64,000 nt of DNA from an uncultured Gammaproteobacteria bacterium. Lineage in GTDB: Bacteria; Patescibacteriota; Microgenomatia; Levybacterales; UBA12049. Shown here one piece after another: positions 9,193 to 18,889 of the stretch; the first letter of the stretch is position 1, and every line of letters starts with the position of its first letter. The stretch covers positions 13,423-77,422 of the forward strand of contig CAZSWA010000002.1 in assembly GCA_964610465.1 (NCBI GenBank). The letters are read 5' to 3'. The position numbers and the translations under genes are program-made. The notes under the pieces were generated by a model, which saw only the letters and a program-made list of their open reading frames with translations, was not told the DNA's origin and ran no database searches.

Positions 9193-10146
9193 GTGCATCT
9201 CCCATTTGGTATTCCTGCAGGTCCACTTCTCAATGGCAAATTTGTTAAAGCTGCACTGGATAAAGGATTTGATATTGTTGTCTACAAAACCGTTCGAACC
9301 CGCAAATATCCATGCGCTCCCTGGCCAAATGTACTTGCTATCAGGGTAAAAGACAAAATTACACTTGAAATGGCAGACAAAGGAGTGCTTGCTGATACAC
9401 AGTACCAAGAACCGCTTTCTATCACTAACTCTTTTGGAGTCCCGTCGTTTGAGCCGGACTTTTGGCAAAAAGATATGGCAGATACAGTAAAGTATGCCAA
9501 AGAAGGACAAATAATTGTAGGAAGTTTTCAGGGAACAACCACTCCCGATGGAAATATAAAAGAGTATATAAAAGATTTTGTGCTTGCTGCCAAACTCGTG
9601 AAAGAAACAGGAGCCAAAATTCTTGAAGCAAATCTCAGCTGTCCCAATGAAAGCACTTCTCATTTACTTTGTTTTGATATTGAGCGGACAAAAGAAATTG
9701 TAGAGGCGATTAAAAACGAAATTGGAAATACACCGCTCGTAATAAAAGTTGCTTATTTCCAAGATGTCGTAGCGTTTCGAAAACTCGTACAAGAAGTAGG
9801 GAATATCGTTGATGGAATCTCAACCATCAATACTATTCCTGCTAAGATTTACAAAGACAAAGAACATACAACGCAAGCATTACCTGGAAATAATCGTTTG
9901 GTAAGCGGCACATGCGGACATGCTATCAAATGGGCAGGACTTGAAAGTGTAAAAAGACTAAAACAACTTCATGAAGAGTTGAGAATGTCCTACACCATAT
10001 TTGGAGTCGGCGGAGTAACTGTTCCTGAAGATTATTTTGAATATAAAAAGGCAGGTGCCGATGTAGTAATGAGCGCAACTGGCGCTATGTGGAATCCACA
10101 TCTGGCAAAGGAAACGAAACAAAAAGCACTTAGTACTTATGACTAA
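9193..10146 (+). CDS. pyrD: Dihydroorotate dehydrogenase, class 1-like, with a probable GTG start
   Basis: FGIPAGPLLNG, ANLSCPN (active-site Cys) and FGVGGV motifs. The TAA stop overlaps the pyrF start (ATGACTAA). Confidence 0.85.
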   Translation: MHLPFGIPAGPLLNGKFVKAALDKGFDIVVYKTVRTRKYPCAPWPNVLAIRVKDKITLEMADKGVLADTQYQEPLSITNSFGVPSFEPDFWQKDMADTVKYAKEGQIIVGSFQGTTTPDGNIKEYIKDFVLAAKLVKETGAKILEANLSCPNESTSHLLCFDIERTKEIVEAIKNEIGNTPLVIKVAYFQDVVAFRKLVQEVGNIVDGISTINTIPAKIYKDKEHTTQALPGNNRLVSGTCGHAIKWAGLESVKRLKQLHEELRMSYTIFGVGGVTVPEDYFEYKKAGADVVMSATGAMWNPHLAKETKQKALSTYD

Positions 10147-11011
10147 ACACAAATCTGAATTTATTACTAAATTAGAAAACCGCTGGAGACAAAATACATT
10201 TGTTTGTGTAGGGCTTGATTCTGAATACAAACAAATTCCTCAATCGGTAAAAGATTCTTTTCCTCAAACCTTAAAAGAAGAAGTTATTTTTACCTTTAAT
10301 CAACAAATTATAGATGCAACAAATGACTTAGTATGTGCATACAAACCAAACGCCGCCTTTTATGAAGCGCAAGGCGATAATGGATATAGAGCACTGAGAA
10401 GAACGGTACAATATATTAAGAACAAATATTCTGATATTCCAGTGATATTAGATGCCAAACGCGCAGACATAGGAAATACCAATAATGAATATGTCCAATC
10501 AGCGTTTGATGAATTGGGAGTTGACGCAATTACTGTCAATCCATACTTAGGAAAGGAAGCACTGAAACCATTTTTAGATAGAAAAGAAAAAGGAATTATC
10601 GTGTTAGTAAAAACTTCAAACCCTGGTTCTGAAGAATTTCAGAATCTTCAGGTTTTAGTTGATGGAGAACAAAAGCCTCAATACCAAGTGGTTGCAAGAA
10701 ATGTTGCTGAGGATTGGAATATAAACGGCAATTGTAGCGTAGTAGTTGGCGCAACATATCCTCATGAACTTGCTCAAGTAAGAACACTAATTGGTGATAT
10801 GCCAATCCTTATTCCAGGTATTGGAGCACAAGGAGGAGAAATTGAAAATACCGTAAAAGCCGGAAAAGATAGTAGGGAATGGGGGATGATTATTAATTCA
10901 TCAAGAGGTATTATTTTTGCTTCAAAAGGAGCAGATTTTGCAGAAAAGGCAAGGCAAGAAACTGAAAAACTAAAAAATGAAATAAATAAACATAGGAGCA
11001 ACAAGAATTAG
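10139..11011 (+). CDS. pyrF: Orotidine 5'-phosphate decarboxylase (long/type 2 form)
   Basis: LDAKRADIGNT motif and ~290 aa length. The start overlaps the pyrD stop. Confidence 0.85.
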   Translation: MTKHKSEFITKLENRWRQNTFVCVGLDSEYKQIPQSVKDSFPQTLKEEVIFTFNQQIIDATNDLVCAYKPNAAFYEAQGDNGYRALRRTVQYIKNKYSDIPVILDAKRADIGNTNNEYVQSAFDELGVDAITVNPYLGKEALKPFLDRKEKGIIVLVKTSNPGSEEFQNLQVLVDGEQKPQYQVVARNVAEDWNINGNCSVVVGATYPHELAQVRTLIGDMPILIPGIGAQGGEIENTVKAGKDSREWGMIINSSRGIIFASKGADFAEKARQETEKLKNEINKHRSNKN

Positions 11012-11043
11012 TAAAGGTAACTCTTGATTCTTACTTCTAATAT

Positions 11044-11664
11044 ATGACTGAAGTTCTGGAAATATTGAAAAAATCGAATGCAATTATTACCAACAGTCAT
11101 GTTGTCCTGACTTCTGGCAAACATTCAGATAGTTATATCAACAAAGATGCGCTCTATCCTCATACACAATTTACATCACGAATTGGTGAACTATTTGCAG
11201 AAAAACATAAAGATTTGGATATTGATATCGTTGCAGCACCGGCACTGGGAGGCATAATTCTTTCTCAATGGACCGCATATCATTTATCGAAAATGAAAAA
11301 TAGGGAAGTGCTTGGAGTGTATACGGAAAAAGATACTGAGAAAAATCAGGTCTTTACCAGAAGATATGACAAATTAGTAAAGGGTAAAAATGTGCTCGTA
11401 ATTGAAGATTTAACGACCACAGGAGGTTCAGTACAAAAAGTCGTAACCAGTGTACAAAATGTCGGAGGGAATGTAATAGGAGTATCGGTTATGGTAAATC
11501 GCAATCCGGAAAATGTAAATTCAGAATTTATGGGAGTACCTTTTTCATCACTTGCTACTCTACAGGTTGAAGCATGGGAAGAAAAAGATTGTCAGCTCTG
11601 TAAACAGAATATCGCTATCAATACCAGTGTCGGACACGGTAAAAAATATCTTATGGAAAAATAG
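11044..11664 (+). CDS. pyrE: Orotate phosphoribosyltransferase
   Basis: PRPP-binding VLVIEDLTTTGGS motif and type I PRTase fold. Last gene of the pyr cluster. Confidence 0.8.
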   Translation: MTEVLEILKKSNAIITNSHVVLTSGKHSDSYINKDALYPHTQFTSRIGELFAEKHKDLDIDIVAAPALGGIILSQWTAYHLSKMKNREVLGVYTEKDTEKNQVFTRRYDKLVKGKNVLVIEDLTTTGGSVQKVVTSVQNVGGNVIGVSVMVNRNPENVNSEFMGVPFSSLATLQVEAWEEKDCQLCKQNIAINTSVGHGKKYLMEK

Positions 11665-12352
11665 TTCCTCCTTGGTTTGCAGCTGGCGGTTGTTTTGCAG
11701 CCTCTAATGCCTTTTTTGTAGCTTCAAACGCAATCTGTCGATAAGCAGTAAGACTTTTCGCTGTTTTGTCTTCTATACCAAACTGTCCATAAGTACTAGA
11801 TTCTGTTGGGATACGAAGCGCAAGATATCCAGCCTTAATAAAATCAGCTAAATCAGTTACCAGGTGAGATTCGGCTACATTACTACCTTTTTTGCGTAAC
11901 CTGAATTCTTCATCCTGAATTATTTGTAAATGGTTCTTTGCATCACTTGAGATAAAGATACCTATAACATTTTTTTCATTTTTTGGAAGACCTTTATTAA
12001 AAACAGGGCTATCTTTCCGAGATGGTCCTTCTATTAATTGGCGTAAAAGAATTCGCATTTTTTTATATACTCCATATTTGGCAAGATTTGCTCTTTCTTG
12101 TAGATTTAACAATTGAAATGCTTCATCACCACTTTGCATATATAGTACCGAAGGAACAATAACTCCGCCTTTTTGAAATATGTCAGTCATTTTTGTAGTA
12201 AATTCATCAATAAGTTTTTGTCTTGCTTGTTCTTTATCTTCACGAAGTCCTCTACGAAGAACTACAGTATCTGGGTCTGCGAGTTTTTTACGACCGCCAA
12301 TACTTCTCATTTGATCCAGACGGATTATTCGTAATTCTTCAATTGATGGCAT
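11651..12352 (-). CDS. Hypothetical protein (233 aa), no recognisable domain
   Basis: Long ORF convergent with pyrE. No family was recognised by eye. Confidence 0.45.
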   Translation of the reverse strand: MPSIEELRIIRLDQMRSIGGRKKLADPDTVVLRRGLREDKEQARQKLIDEFTTKMTDIFQKGGVIVPSVLYMQSGDEAFQLLNLQERANLAKYGVYKKMRILLRQLIEGPSRKDSPVFNKGLPKNEKNVIGIFISSDAKNHLQIIQDEEFRLRKKGSNVAESHLVTDLADFIKAGYLALRIPTESSTYGQFGIEDKTAKSLTAYRQIAFEATKKALEAAKQPPAANQGGTIFP

Positions 12353-12565
12353 AATAGACTCAAGAATAGCATAACTTATTGTTTATTTCTCGAGTAATTT
12401 TGCTTGTAAATCTTCAAAATACAGTAAGAAACCCTACTATTAATAACTACTCTTGAGCTATTATTACTTTCTGTCTTTGGACTTTTTGCGTGGAGTGCTG
12501 TGATGTATCTTCTTGCAGTCAGAACGTTTAAATGGGAATAATCTGACAATTACCAAACAGTATCT

Positions 12566-12594
12566 TGACAAAAAGAATAATTAAGATACAATCT
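12566..12594 (+). promoter_or_regulatory. Candidate promoter TTGACA-16-TACAAT upstream of a small ORF
   Basis: Hexamers read from the sequence. The ATG at 12610 lies ~15 nt downstream. Confidence 0.35.
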
Positions 12595-12609
12595 AACTAA
12601 GAAATATCT

Positions 12610-12825
12610 ATGCCAAGTCTAGAAATTTCAGTTGTAACCAGAAAACCTGAAGAACCAATGTGGAGACCATACGATCATCCTGTAGCTAAATCTGTTACAG
12701 ATAAACCAATGTACGCAGATACTTTTAAGAGAGTATTAAGCACCAATGGTTCTTCTATATCTAAAACAGAATCTCAAAAACAAACTGGAAAAGACATTAA
12801 CTCTTCTAGTACTCTTAAGAAATAA
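12610..12825 (+). CDS. Small hypothetical protein (71 aa)
   Basis: ORF preceded by a good promoter. No similarity recognised. Confidence 0.3.
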   Translation: MPSLEISVVTRKPEEPMWRPYDHPVAKSVTDKPMYADTFKRVLSTNGSSISKTESQKQTGKDINSSSTLKK

Positions 12826-12904
12826 CTAATTTCAATAAGAACTTTTATTTTTCTTTTTTTCTCATCCCTTGACATATCCTGCCGTTTTAGTATTAGATAA
12901 TAAG

Positions 12905-13069
12905 TATGGCAGAACACTTTCGAAGAATTGGAAGAAATCCAGACAATCGAAATAGAAAAGAAAAACGATCCGTGCAAAAAAATAATCCAAACCCTTCAAT
13001 AGATTCTGATTTTGTAAAACGTACTCTTCCATCAGGAACAATTGTTTATGAAGTAAAACAAGCAAGATA
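12905..13069 (+). CDS. Small basic protein (54 aa) below the ORF-track threshold; unknown function
   Basis: ATG at 12905 is preceded by TTGACA-17-TATTAG/TAGATAAT. The protein reads MAEHFRRIGRNPDNRNRKEKRS.. and ends 4 nt before the next gene. Confidence 0.3.
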
Positions 13070-13073
13070 ATCT

Positions 13074-13823
13074 ATGCATATAGGAAACGCGCTTAAAATT
13101 GCATTGACTACTGTTCTTTTCACTTTTGTTTGTTTGGTTATATTTGCCAAGTATTTTGGCCCAATTCCTCTTTTTGTAAATAGCGTAAACACTACCAAGA
13201 CAGATCTTTTTACTGTTGATGGGAAAGGGGAGGCAACTGTTATTCCTGATACTGCATCTTTTTCAGTCGGCATTACCAAGTCTTCATCAACTGTCAAAGA
13301 TGCGCAGGACACAGTAAATAACACTATCACGAAAATTACTCAGGATTTGAAAAATTTAGGAGTCAATGAAAAGGATATTAAGACAACCGACTACTCAGTA
13401 AATCCCAATTATGATTTTCTCAATGGTAGACAAAATACCAATGGATATACGGTATCTGCTAATCTTGATATCAAAGTAAAACCAATCGACAAAGCAAATA
13501 AAGCAGTTGATATCTCAACAGCGGATGGTGCCAATATGGTCAATGGAGTGATATTCACTGTTGATGATGCAACGCTGAAATCACTTGAGGAAAAAGCGCG
13601 CAATATGGCAATTGATGATGCCAGACAAAAAGCAGAAAGTATTGCCTATGCAGCAGGAATTCGGCTTGGTAGAATTGTCAATGTCCAAGAAAATGCTCAA
13701 AACCCTCGTCCAATTCCAATGATGGCTCCTGTTGGTGCAGAGAAAACATCAGATCAAACACAACTTAATCCTGGGAAAAATAGTATTTCAACAACAGTAA
13801 CTCTTTCTTACGAAACATACTAA
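13074..13823 (+). CDS. SIMPL/DUF541-family periplasmic protein (YggE-like)
   Basis: N-terminal TM anchor and SIMPL-domain-like architecture (..DARQKAESIAYAAGIRLGRIVNV..). Confidence 0.7.
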   Translation: MHIGNALKIALTTVLFTFVCLVIFAKYFGPIPLFVNSVNTTKTDLFTVDGKGEATVIPDTASFSVGITKSSSTVKDAQDTVNNTITKITQDLKNLGVNEKDIKTTDYSVNPNYDFLNGRQNTNGYTVSANLDIKVKPIDKANKAVDISTADGANMVNGVIFTVDDATLKSLEEKARNMAIDDARQKAESIAYAAGIRLGRIVNVQENAQNPRPIPMMAPVGAEKTSDQTQLNPGKNSISTTVTLSYETY

Positions 13824-13846
13824 CTAAACTATCTGCCAATTGCTCT

Positions 13847-14779
13847 CTATTTATTCCCTGAATGGAAGGCTTTGTGGATATCACGAAGTTGTTTATTGGT
13901 AACATGAGTATAGATTTGTGTCGTTGCAATATTTTTATGTCCCAGCATTTCCTGAACCGAACGGATATCAGCGCCATTTGTCAAAAGATCTGTCGCAAAT
14001 GAATGCCGAAGAGTATGTACCGATGCATCAACCGGCAAACGGGCAAGCTTTACATATTTTTTGACAATCCGTTCAATACTACGAACGGTAAGCCGCATTT
14101 TCTCACCATTATCTTCTTCAATTATTTGACCTGAATAACGGATAAATAATGGTTTAAAATTATCTTTCCGCTCTTTTATATATCTGTTAACCCAATCTTT
14201 TGCTCTGTCTGATATAAACACAACCCGTGCCCGTCCGCCTTTGCCAATTACTCCAAATTCACCGCGTTCAAGATTAATTTGATCACGATTAAGGCGCACT
14301 AATTCTGATACGCGAAGTCCGGTTGAGAATAATAACTCTAAAATTGCCCGGTCCCGTATTCCTTCTTCCTTTGATGTATCAGGCATTGTAACGAGCCTAT
14401 CAATCTGTTCACGTTCTAAAAACTTCAAACTTCTGCTTTCAGTTTTTGGTAAATCAATTTTTGATGGCTCCAAAGTTTTGATATCACTTTTAATAAGAAA
14501 TCTCAAGAAAGACCGAAGCGCTATCACATAATAATTTTGTGTCACGCGTTTAAGCATTTGGCCTTGTTCATCAGTCTGATTGGCAAGATAGACCCGATAC
14601 CGTCTTACCGTTGCCAAATCAAGCTGCTCAATTGTCTTATGCGATTGAGTAGAGGAAAACCAGTTGAGAAATCTCTCAAGGTAATGCCTGTAATCCCGAA
14701 GTGTTAGCTTACTACAATTCTTTTCAATCTCCAAGTACTCTAAGAACTGATTAATTAAATTTGGCAGATCTGTTTGCAT
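13847..14779 (-). CDS. Tyrosine site-specific recombinase, XerC/XerD family
   Basis: N-terminal SAM-like domain. The catalytic signature includes ARGGRAR, HTLRHSFAT, LGHKNIATTQIYTH and the catalytic Tyr. Confidence 0.85.
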   Translation of the reverse strand: MQTDLPNLINQFLEYLEIEKNCSKLTLRDYRHYLERFLNWFSSTQSHKTIEQLDLATVRRYRVYLANQTDEQGQMLKRVTQNYYVIALRSFLRFLIKSDIKTLEPSKIDLPKTESRSLKFLEREQIDRLVTMPDTSKEEGIRDRAILELLFSTGLRVSELVRLNRDQINLERGEFGVIGKGGRARVVFISDRAKDWVNRYIKERKDNFKPLFIRYSGQIIEEDNGEKMRLTVRSIERIVKKYVKLARLPVDASVHTLRHSFATDLLTNGADIRSVQEMLGHKNIATTQIYTHVTNKQLRDIHKAFHSGNK

Positions 14780-14973
14780 ACTTTTACTTTAGTACAAAAT
14801 AGGGAAGTCTGTCAATATTGTGCGACACGGAGGTAATTTTTTCGAAAAACTATATTTTTACTCTATTCGGAGCTATTTTTGTGGTTCTAATAATATATCA
14901 TTTATTTAAAAATGATCTAATAAGATTTTATAAGCTTGATTCTTACTTCTCAAAAATGGTTTAATAAAAGAAT

Positions 14974-16383
14974 ATGTCCCCCTGGCAAGAAGAATATAAA
15001 GATTGTTTGGAATATATTGATAGCTACTGGAATAAAATAATTTACAAAACATATAGTATGAGACTTCCTCATACTATGAATATATTTCCAGTAAAAGATA
15101 AGATTGAAAAATATCATATTATTCCTATTCCTCATACATATTTTGTTCCTAATGACAAAAAATTTAAATTCATATTCTACTGGGATAGCTTTTTTATGTT
15201 CCGAGGTCTTTTAGGCACCCACCGACATTGGCTTACCAAATCAATGGTGAATAATTTTATGTATCTTTTTAATAAATACCAGATTATTCCAAATTTCAAT
15301 GCGCCTGCATCTATGGGGCGTTCGCAACCTCCATTTTTTTCTTCAATGATTATGGATTCCTATCTTACACTGATAAAACAAAAGAGCAAAGGCAATCTTC
15401 GAAGGTTTTATTCAGAAGTTTATAAAATAGGGAACACGCAGTGGTTTAAAAATGCTATAAAAACTGCCAAAAAAGAATACGATATTGTCTGGATAGATAA
15501 AGAAAAGCTGTATAATCACTCAGTTGACGGCTATGAACTTTCCCGTTTTGGTGATAGAGATATTGGCTATGCACATTCATCAGAGCTTGAATCCGGATGG
15601 GATATGACTTCCCGCTTTTATAATCGCTGCAATGAATATTTTCCTATCGATTTAAACATATACCTTTATAAGTATGAACTGGATTTTGCAAAAGCCGGTC
15701 AAATACTCCACAAAAAAAATGATGAAACCTATTGGCTTGAAAAATCTGAGAAACGGCGCGCTACTATCAATACGTATATGTGGGATGATACATTAGGATT
15801 TTATTTTGACTATAACTATAAGGATAACCAAAAAAGCGATTTCTATTCACTTGCGTCATTTACACCGCTTTGGGCGGGTCTTGCGACCTTTGAACAGGCA
15901 AAGAAAATGCAGAAACATTTAGCAAAATTTGAGACGAAATGCGGACTTACTATTACAGATAAGAATTCTTTGGCAAAAGCAATTGATTTTATGAAAATTC
16001 AGGAACAATATCGTCCTGCAATTGAAGAGGTTATAAAGCCTAAGCAATGGGATTATCCAAATATCTGGTCACCTTTGGAATATCTCACTGTCATAGGATT
16101 ACTTCGGTATGGTTTTATCGCTGATGCTAAACGCATTATGAAAAATTCAGTTAATGCTCATGCTAGTTTATTCCGTAAATACCAATCTTTTTTTGAAAAA
16201 ATTAACGGTGAGACTGGTGAACCTTCTGCAAGTTTTCATTATGAAAGTCAGAAAGGTTTTGGCTGGACCAATGCTGTATTTTATCGATATATCCAAATTC
16301 TTGACGCATTAGATAGCTCAAAAGATATATATCTTACGCCCAAACCTTCTGAGCCGCCCTACGAACTTTCTATTATTTATTAG
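14974..16383 (+). CDS. Trehalase (glycoside hydrolase family 37)
   Basis: Trehalase signature 1 (FKFIFYWDSFFMFRGL, cf. PGGRFxExYYWDSY) and signature 2 (KQWDYPNIWSPLE, cf. QWDYPNGWAPL). Confidence 0.8.
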   Translation: MSPWQEEYKDCLEYIDSYWNKIIYKTYSMRLPHTMNIFPVKDKIEKYHIIPIPHTYFVPNDKKFKFIFYWDSFFMFRGLLGTHRHWLTKSMVNNFMYLFNKYQIIPNFNAPASMGRSQPPFFSSMIMDSYLTLIKQKSKGNLRRFYSEVYKIGNTQWFKNAIKTAKKEYDIVWIDKEKLYNHSVDGYELSRFGDRDIGYAHSSELESGWDMTSRFYNRCNEYFPIDLNIYLYKYELDFAKAGQILHKKNDETYWLEKSEKRRATINTYMWDDTLGFYFDYNYKDNQKSDFYSLASFTPLWAGLATFEQAKKMQKHLAKFETKCGLTITDKNSLAKAIDFMKIQEQYRPAIEEVIKPKQWDYPNIWSPLEYLTVIGLLRYGFIADAKRIMKNSVNAHASLFRKYQSFFEKINGETGEPSASFHYESQKGFGWTNAVFYRYIQILDALDSSKDIYLTPKPSEPPYELSIIY

Positions 16384-17316
16384 GTATCCTCTACCTATCA
16401 AAAATCTATTTTGCAAGGGGACAAGTAAGTAATTCTTATAAAGTAGCCTCATATTTTCACATATATTGTGAAATTAGCTTCAGTTTTTCACAATTTCAGC
16501 CCTATAGTAGGGGATATTTTAGGAACCTATAAAACTAAACAGTAGTACTGAAATCGAAAGAGCTATTGGTACACAACCGGAAGAAAAATAATTACCTGTA
16601 GCTAGTTTAAGTATAATAGAATGTGCAATATGTAAGCCACTCCTCCCGGATTTCAGCCTTCTTGACGTCGTAAAAGTATTATTGTGCGACATAGGTAGTT
16701 TATGTTCCTAACCTGGTTTTTTGTTTACAATCTTATTCCCACCAATCATAAGATAAAAGAAACTAATAGTAATGTTCTCTAGTTAGGAAGGCACGTAATG
16801 CCCTGGAAACAACATTCATCATCCAAAAGGTACACTTGATAGTCTTAGACTACAAATAGACAATGATTATTGGGAGAAAGTAAGTCCTTCTCTCAGAATA
16901 TTGTTAAGAGTAACTTAAATTAGATTGTCCTATCAATGTAATCTTAATAATTTAGCTTCAATATTACTGAGTTGCATTATTAGCACTCAGTAGAAATCAC
17001 TGCAATTTTAATTGATATATCAACCTAAACATTAATTTTTAGCCTCAGAAATGGCGAGTTTATGTTTTCGTATTTTTTTCGAGGAGATATATGTAACAGA
17101 GATGCTTAGAAGAGCGGTGGAATCCACTCCCTTATTCGAATTGAGTAGTATAAAAAGTTTCTCTCTATGAATATATGTTACTTAATACCTGTATATCCAT
17201 GCTTGAAAAACGAACCTAGAAAGCTGTGAAAAGTCAGCTTGGAAGTATGTGAAAATTGTAAGAAGTTATCCACAATATAGTATCAAACTATATCATTTAG
17301 GTCCTATAACTTTATT
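16384..17316. other. AT-rich tract of ~930 nt with no ORF. It contains palindromes, a perfect DnaA box and repeated TTTCACA/TGTGAAA motifs. Candidate origin/iteron or regulatory region.
   Basis: Stops occur in all six frames. TTTCACA-TATAT-TGTGAAA sits at 16455-16473, CCCTA-TAG-TAGGG at 16500-16512, and TTATCCACA at 17266-17274, with several TGTGAAAA copies. Confidence 0.3.
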
Positions 17317-17429
17317 ATGTCAAGTTGTATCATTTTTCTTATAGGCTTTTTGGTTCTCATATTTCTTCCTTCCCTCTTCCCCACTTTTCCCGAGATAAAA
17401 AAATTTCAAAGTCCTAGAAATAAAAAAAG

Positions 17430-17957
17430 TTATTTTTCTTTTATCTCATCAATGAGACCCATCTCTAATGCTTGTTTTGCTGAGAGATATTTACGAGGTT
17501 CATACAATTTTTCTACTTCTTCCCTACTTACCTTTGCTCTTTCTATTGTTAATTTTATGAACAAATCATGATTTCTTTTATATGCTTCAACTATTGTTAA
17601 AATCTCATTATATGGTTTTCCCTCTTCTTGAGACATATTAGAAGGATGTATCATAAAAGTAGTAAGTGGACGTGCGCTTCTCTTTCTTCCTGCTTGAAGT
17701 ATCATCACAGCAGCAGACATACAATATCCTTCTGCGATAATATCTATTGGTTTTGAGGACGCTTTTATATGTTCATACAACGCAAATCCTTCATATAACA
17801 TTCCTCCTCTACTTGATATTGTTACTACAATTTCTTCTACATGATCTAAAGAGTTTGCCGTGTCAATATCTTTCATAACTTCTTTTATTGATTTTTCATT
17901 GACATCTCCAACCAGTCGAGTATAAAATATTGAATTTTTGTTATTCTGATTATCCAT
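17430..17957 (-). CDS. ClpP-family (S14) peptidase-like protein. It is N-terminally short, and the catalytic Asp position appears substituted.
   Basis: SSRGGMLYEGFALYEHI, GYCMSAA (Ser) and MIHPS (His) align with ClpP. The ERDRFLSA-equivalent region reads EPRKYLSA. Confidence 0.65.
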   Translation of the reverse strand: MDNQNNKNSIFYTRLVGDVNEKSIKEVMKDIDTANSLDHVEEIVVTISSRGGMLYEGFALYEHIKASSKPIDIIAEGYCMSAAVMILQAGRKRSARPLTTFMIHPSNMSQEEGKPYNEILTIVEAYKRNHDLFIKLTIERAKVSREEVEKLYEPRKYLSAKQALEMGLIDEIKEK

Positions 17958-17985
17958 ATAAAAAATTATAGCATAAGCTTAATGC

Positions 17986-18840
17986 TCATTTCCCCCATTG
18001 AGTGAATAAAATTAATACAAAGAATACAATTGCTCCTACCCACACATATTCCCAAAGTACTCCTTTAAATAATCTTTTTTCAAACCATATATGTGACAGA
18101 CCTCCAATATTGTAGAAAAATCCTGTGAGGAAAAGTGAGATAACAGTCGGACTGCTTGGCCAAAACCAAAGTACCGCCGCAATTTCGCTGATACAGCAAG
18201 TAAGCGCCAGAACCCATAAAGGCAGGGGTGTTGGTATTTTTGCAAGCGTATATGTCCACATTGAGTGATACATCAGTAAATAAGTATACAAAAATATGAT
18301 GGCAATTGTTGGTAAAATCGAGAAATGAAAAGTAAATACGATATTGGTAAGAAAGAAAAAAGACATAAGAGTTATGACAAATGACACAATACGTGCTCCT
18401 GACAAAAGTTGAATACTTCTAAACGATGAAACAATAAATATATTTTGACTAAGGAATAAAGAATATAGTCCAAATGCATAAATTGCAGTTATGATAATAC
18501 GTGACAAAAATACCGCAGGAGTTAGAAAATAAAATAAAGCGAACGCAAGACTATAGAAAAACGGTAGAAGAAATACTTCATAGGTAAAACTTTCCCGTAT
18601 GTCCTGATAAAGTGCCCAAAAGATAAATATATTGGTAAGAATTGGAAGTAACACAGAAATATAAAGACCAGCCTGACTAAACTTATATTCAGCAATAAAA
18701 AGACTGAGTGCTAAAAATATAGTTCCAATTACAATTTTTTTTCGTTTATCAATTGCAAAAGAAACGGACTTTTTACCTTTTTTTCTACCAATAAAGCGCT
18801 TCGTAAATGAACCTAAAAGAGCGTTTTGTCTGTTTATCAT
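17986..18840 (-). CDS. Polytopic integral membrane protein, hypothetical
   Basis: About 8 hydrophobic helices. Immediately upstream of, and co-oriented with, the ClpP-like gene. Confidence 0.5.
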   Translation of the reverse strand: MINRQNALLGSFTKRFIGRKKGKKSVSFAIDKRKKIVIGTIFLALSLFIAEYKFSQAGLYISVLLPILTNIFIFWALYQDIRESFTYEVFLLPFFYSLAFALFYFLTPAVFLSRIIITAIYAFGLYSLFLSQNIFIVSSFRSIQLLSGARIVSFVITLMSFFFLTNIVFTFHFSILPTIAIIFLYTYLLMYHSMWTYTLAKIPTPLPLWVLALTCCISEIAAVLWFWPSSPTVISLFLTGFFYNIGGLSHIWFEKRLFKGVLWEYVWVGAIVFFVLILFTQWGK

Positions 18841-18889
18841 GTTGCTAGATTTCTGAAGAATATGTGCTTTATAAAGTATACTCTATTCC

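Noticed and set aside
16384-17316. Confident call of chromosomal oriC
   Set aside because: Only one perfect DnaA box and no adjacent dnaA/dnaN. Reported as a candidate only.
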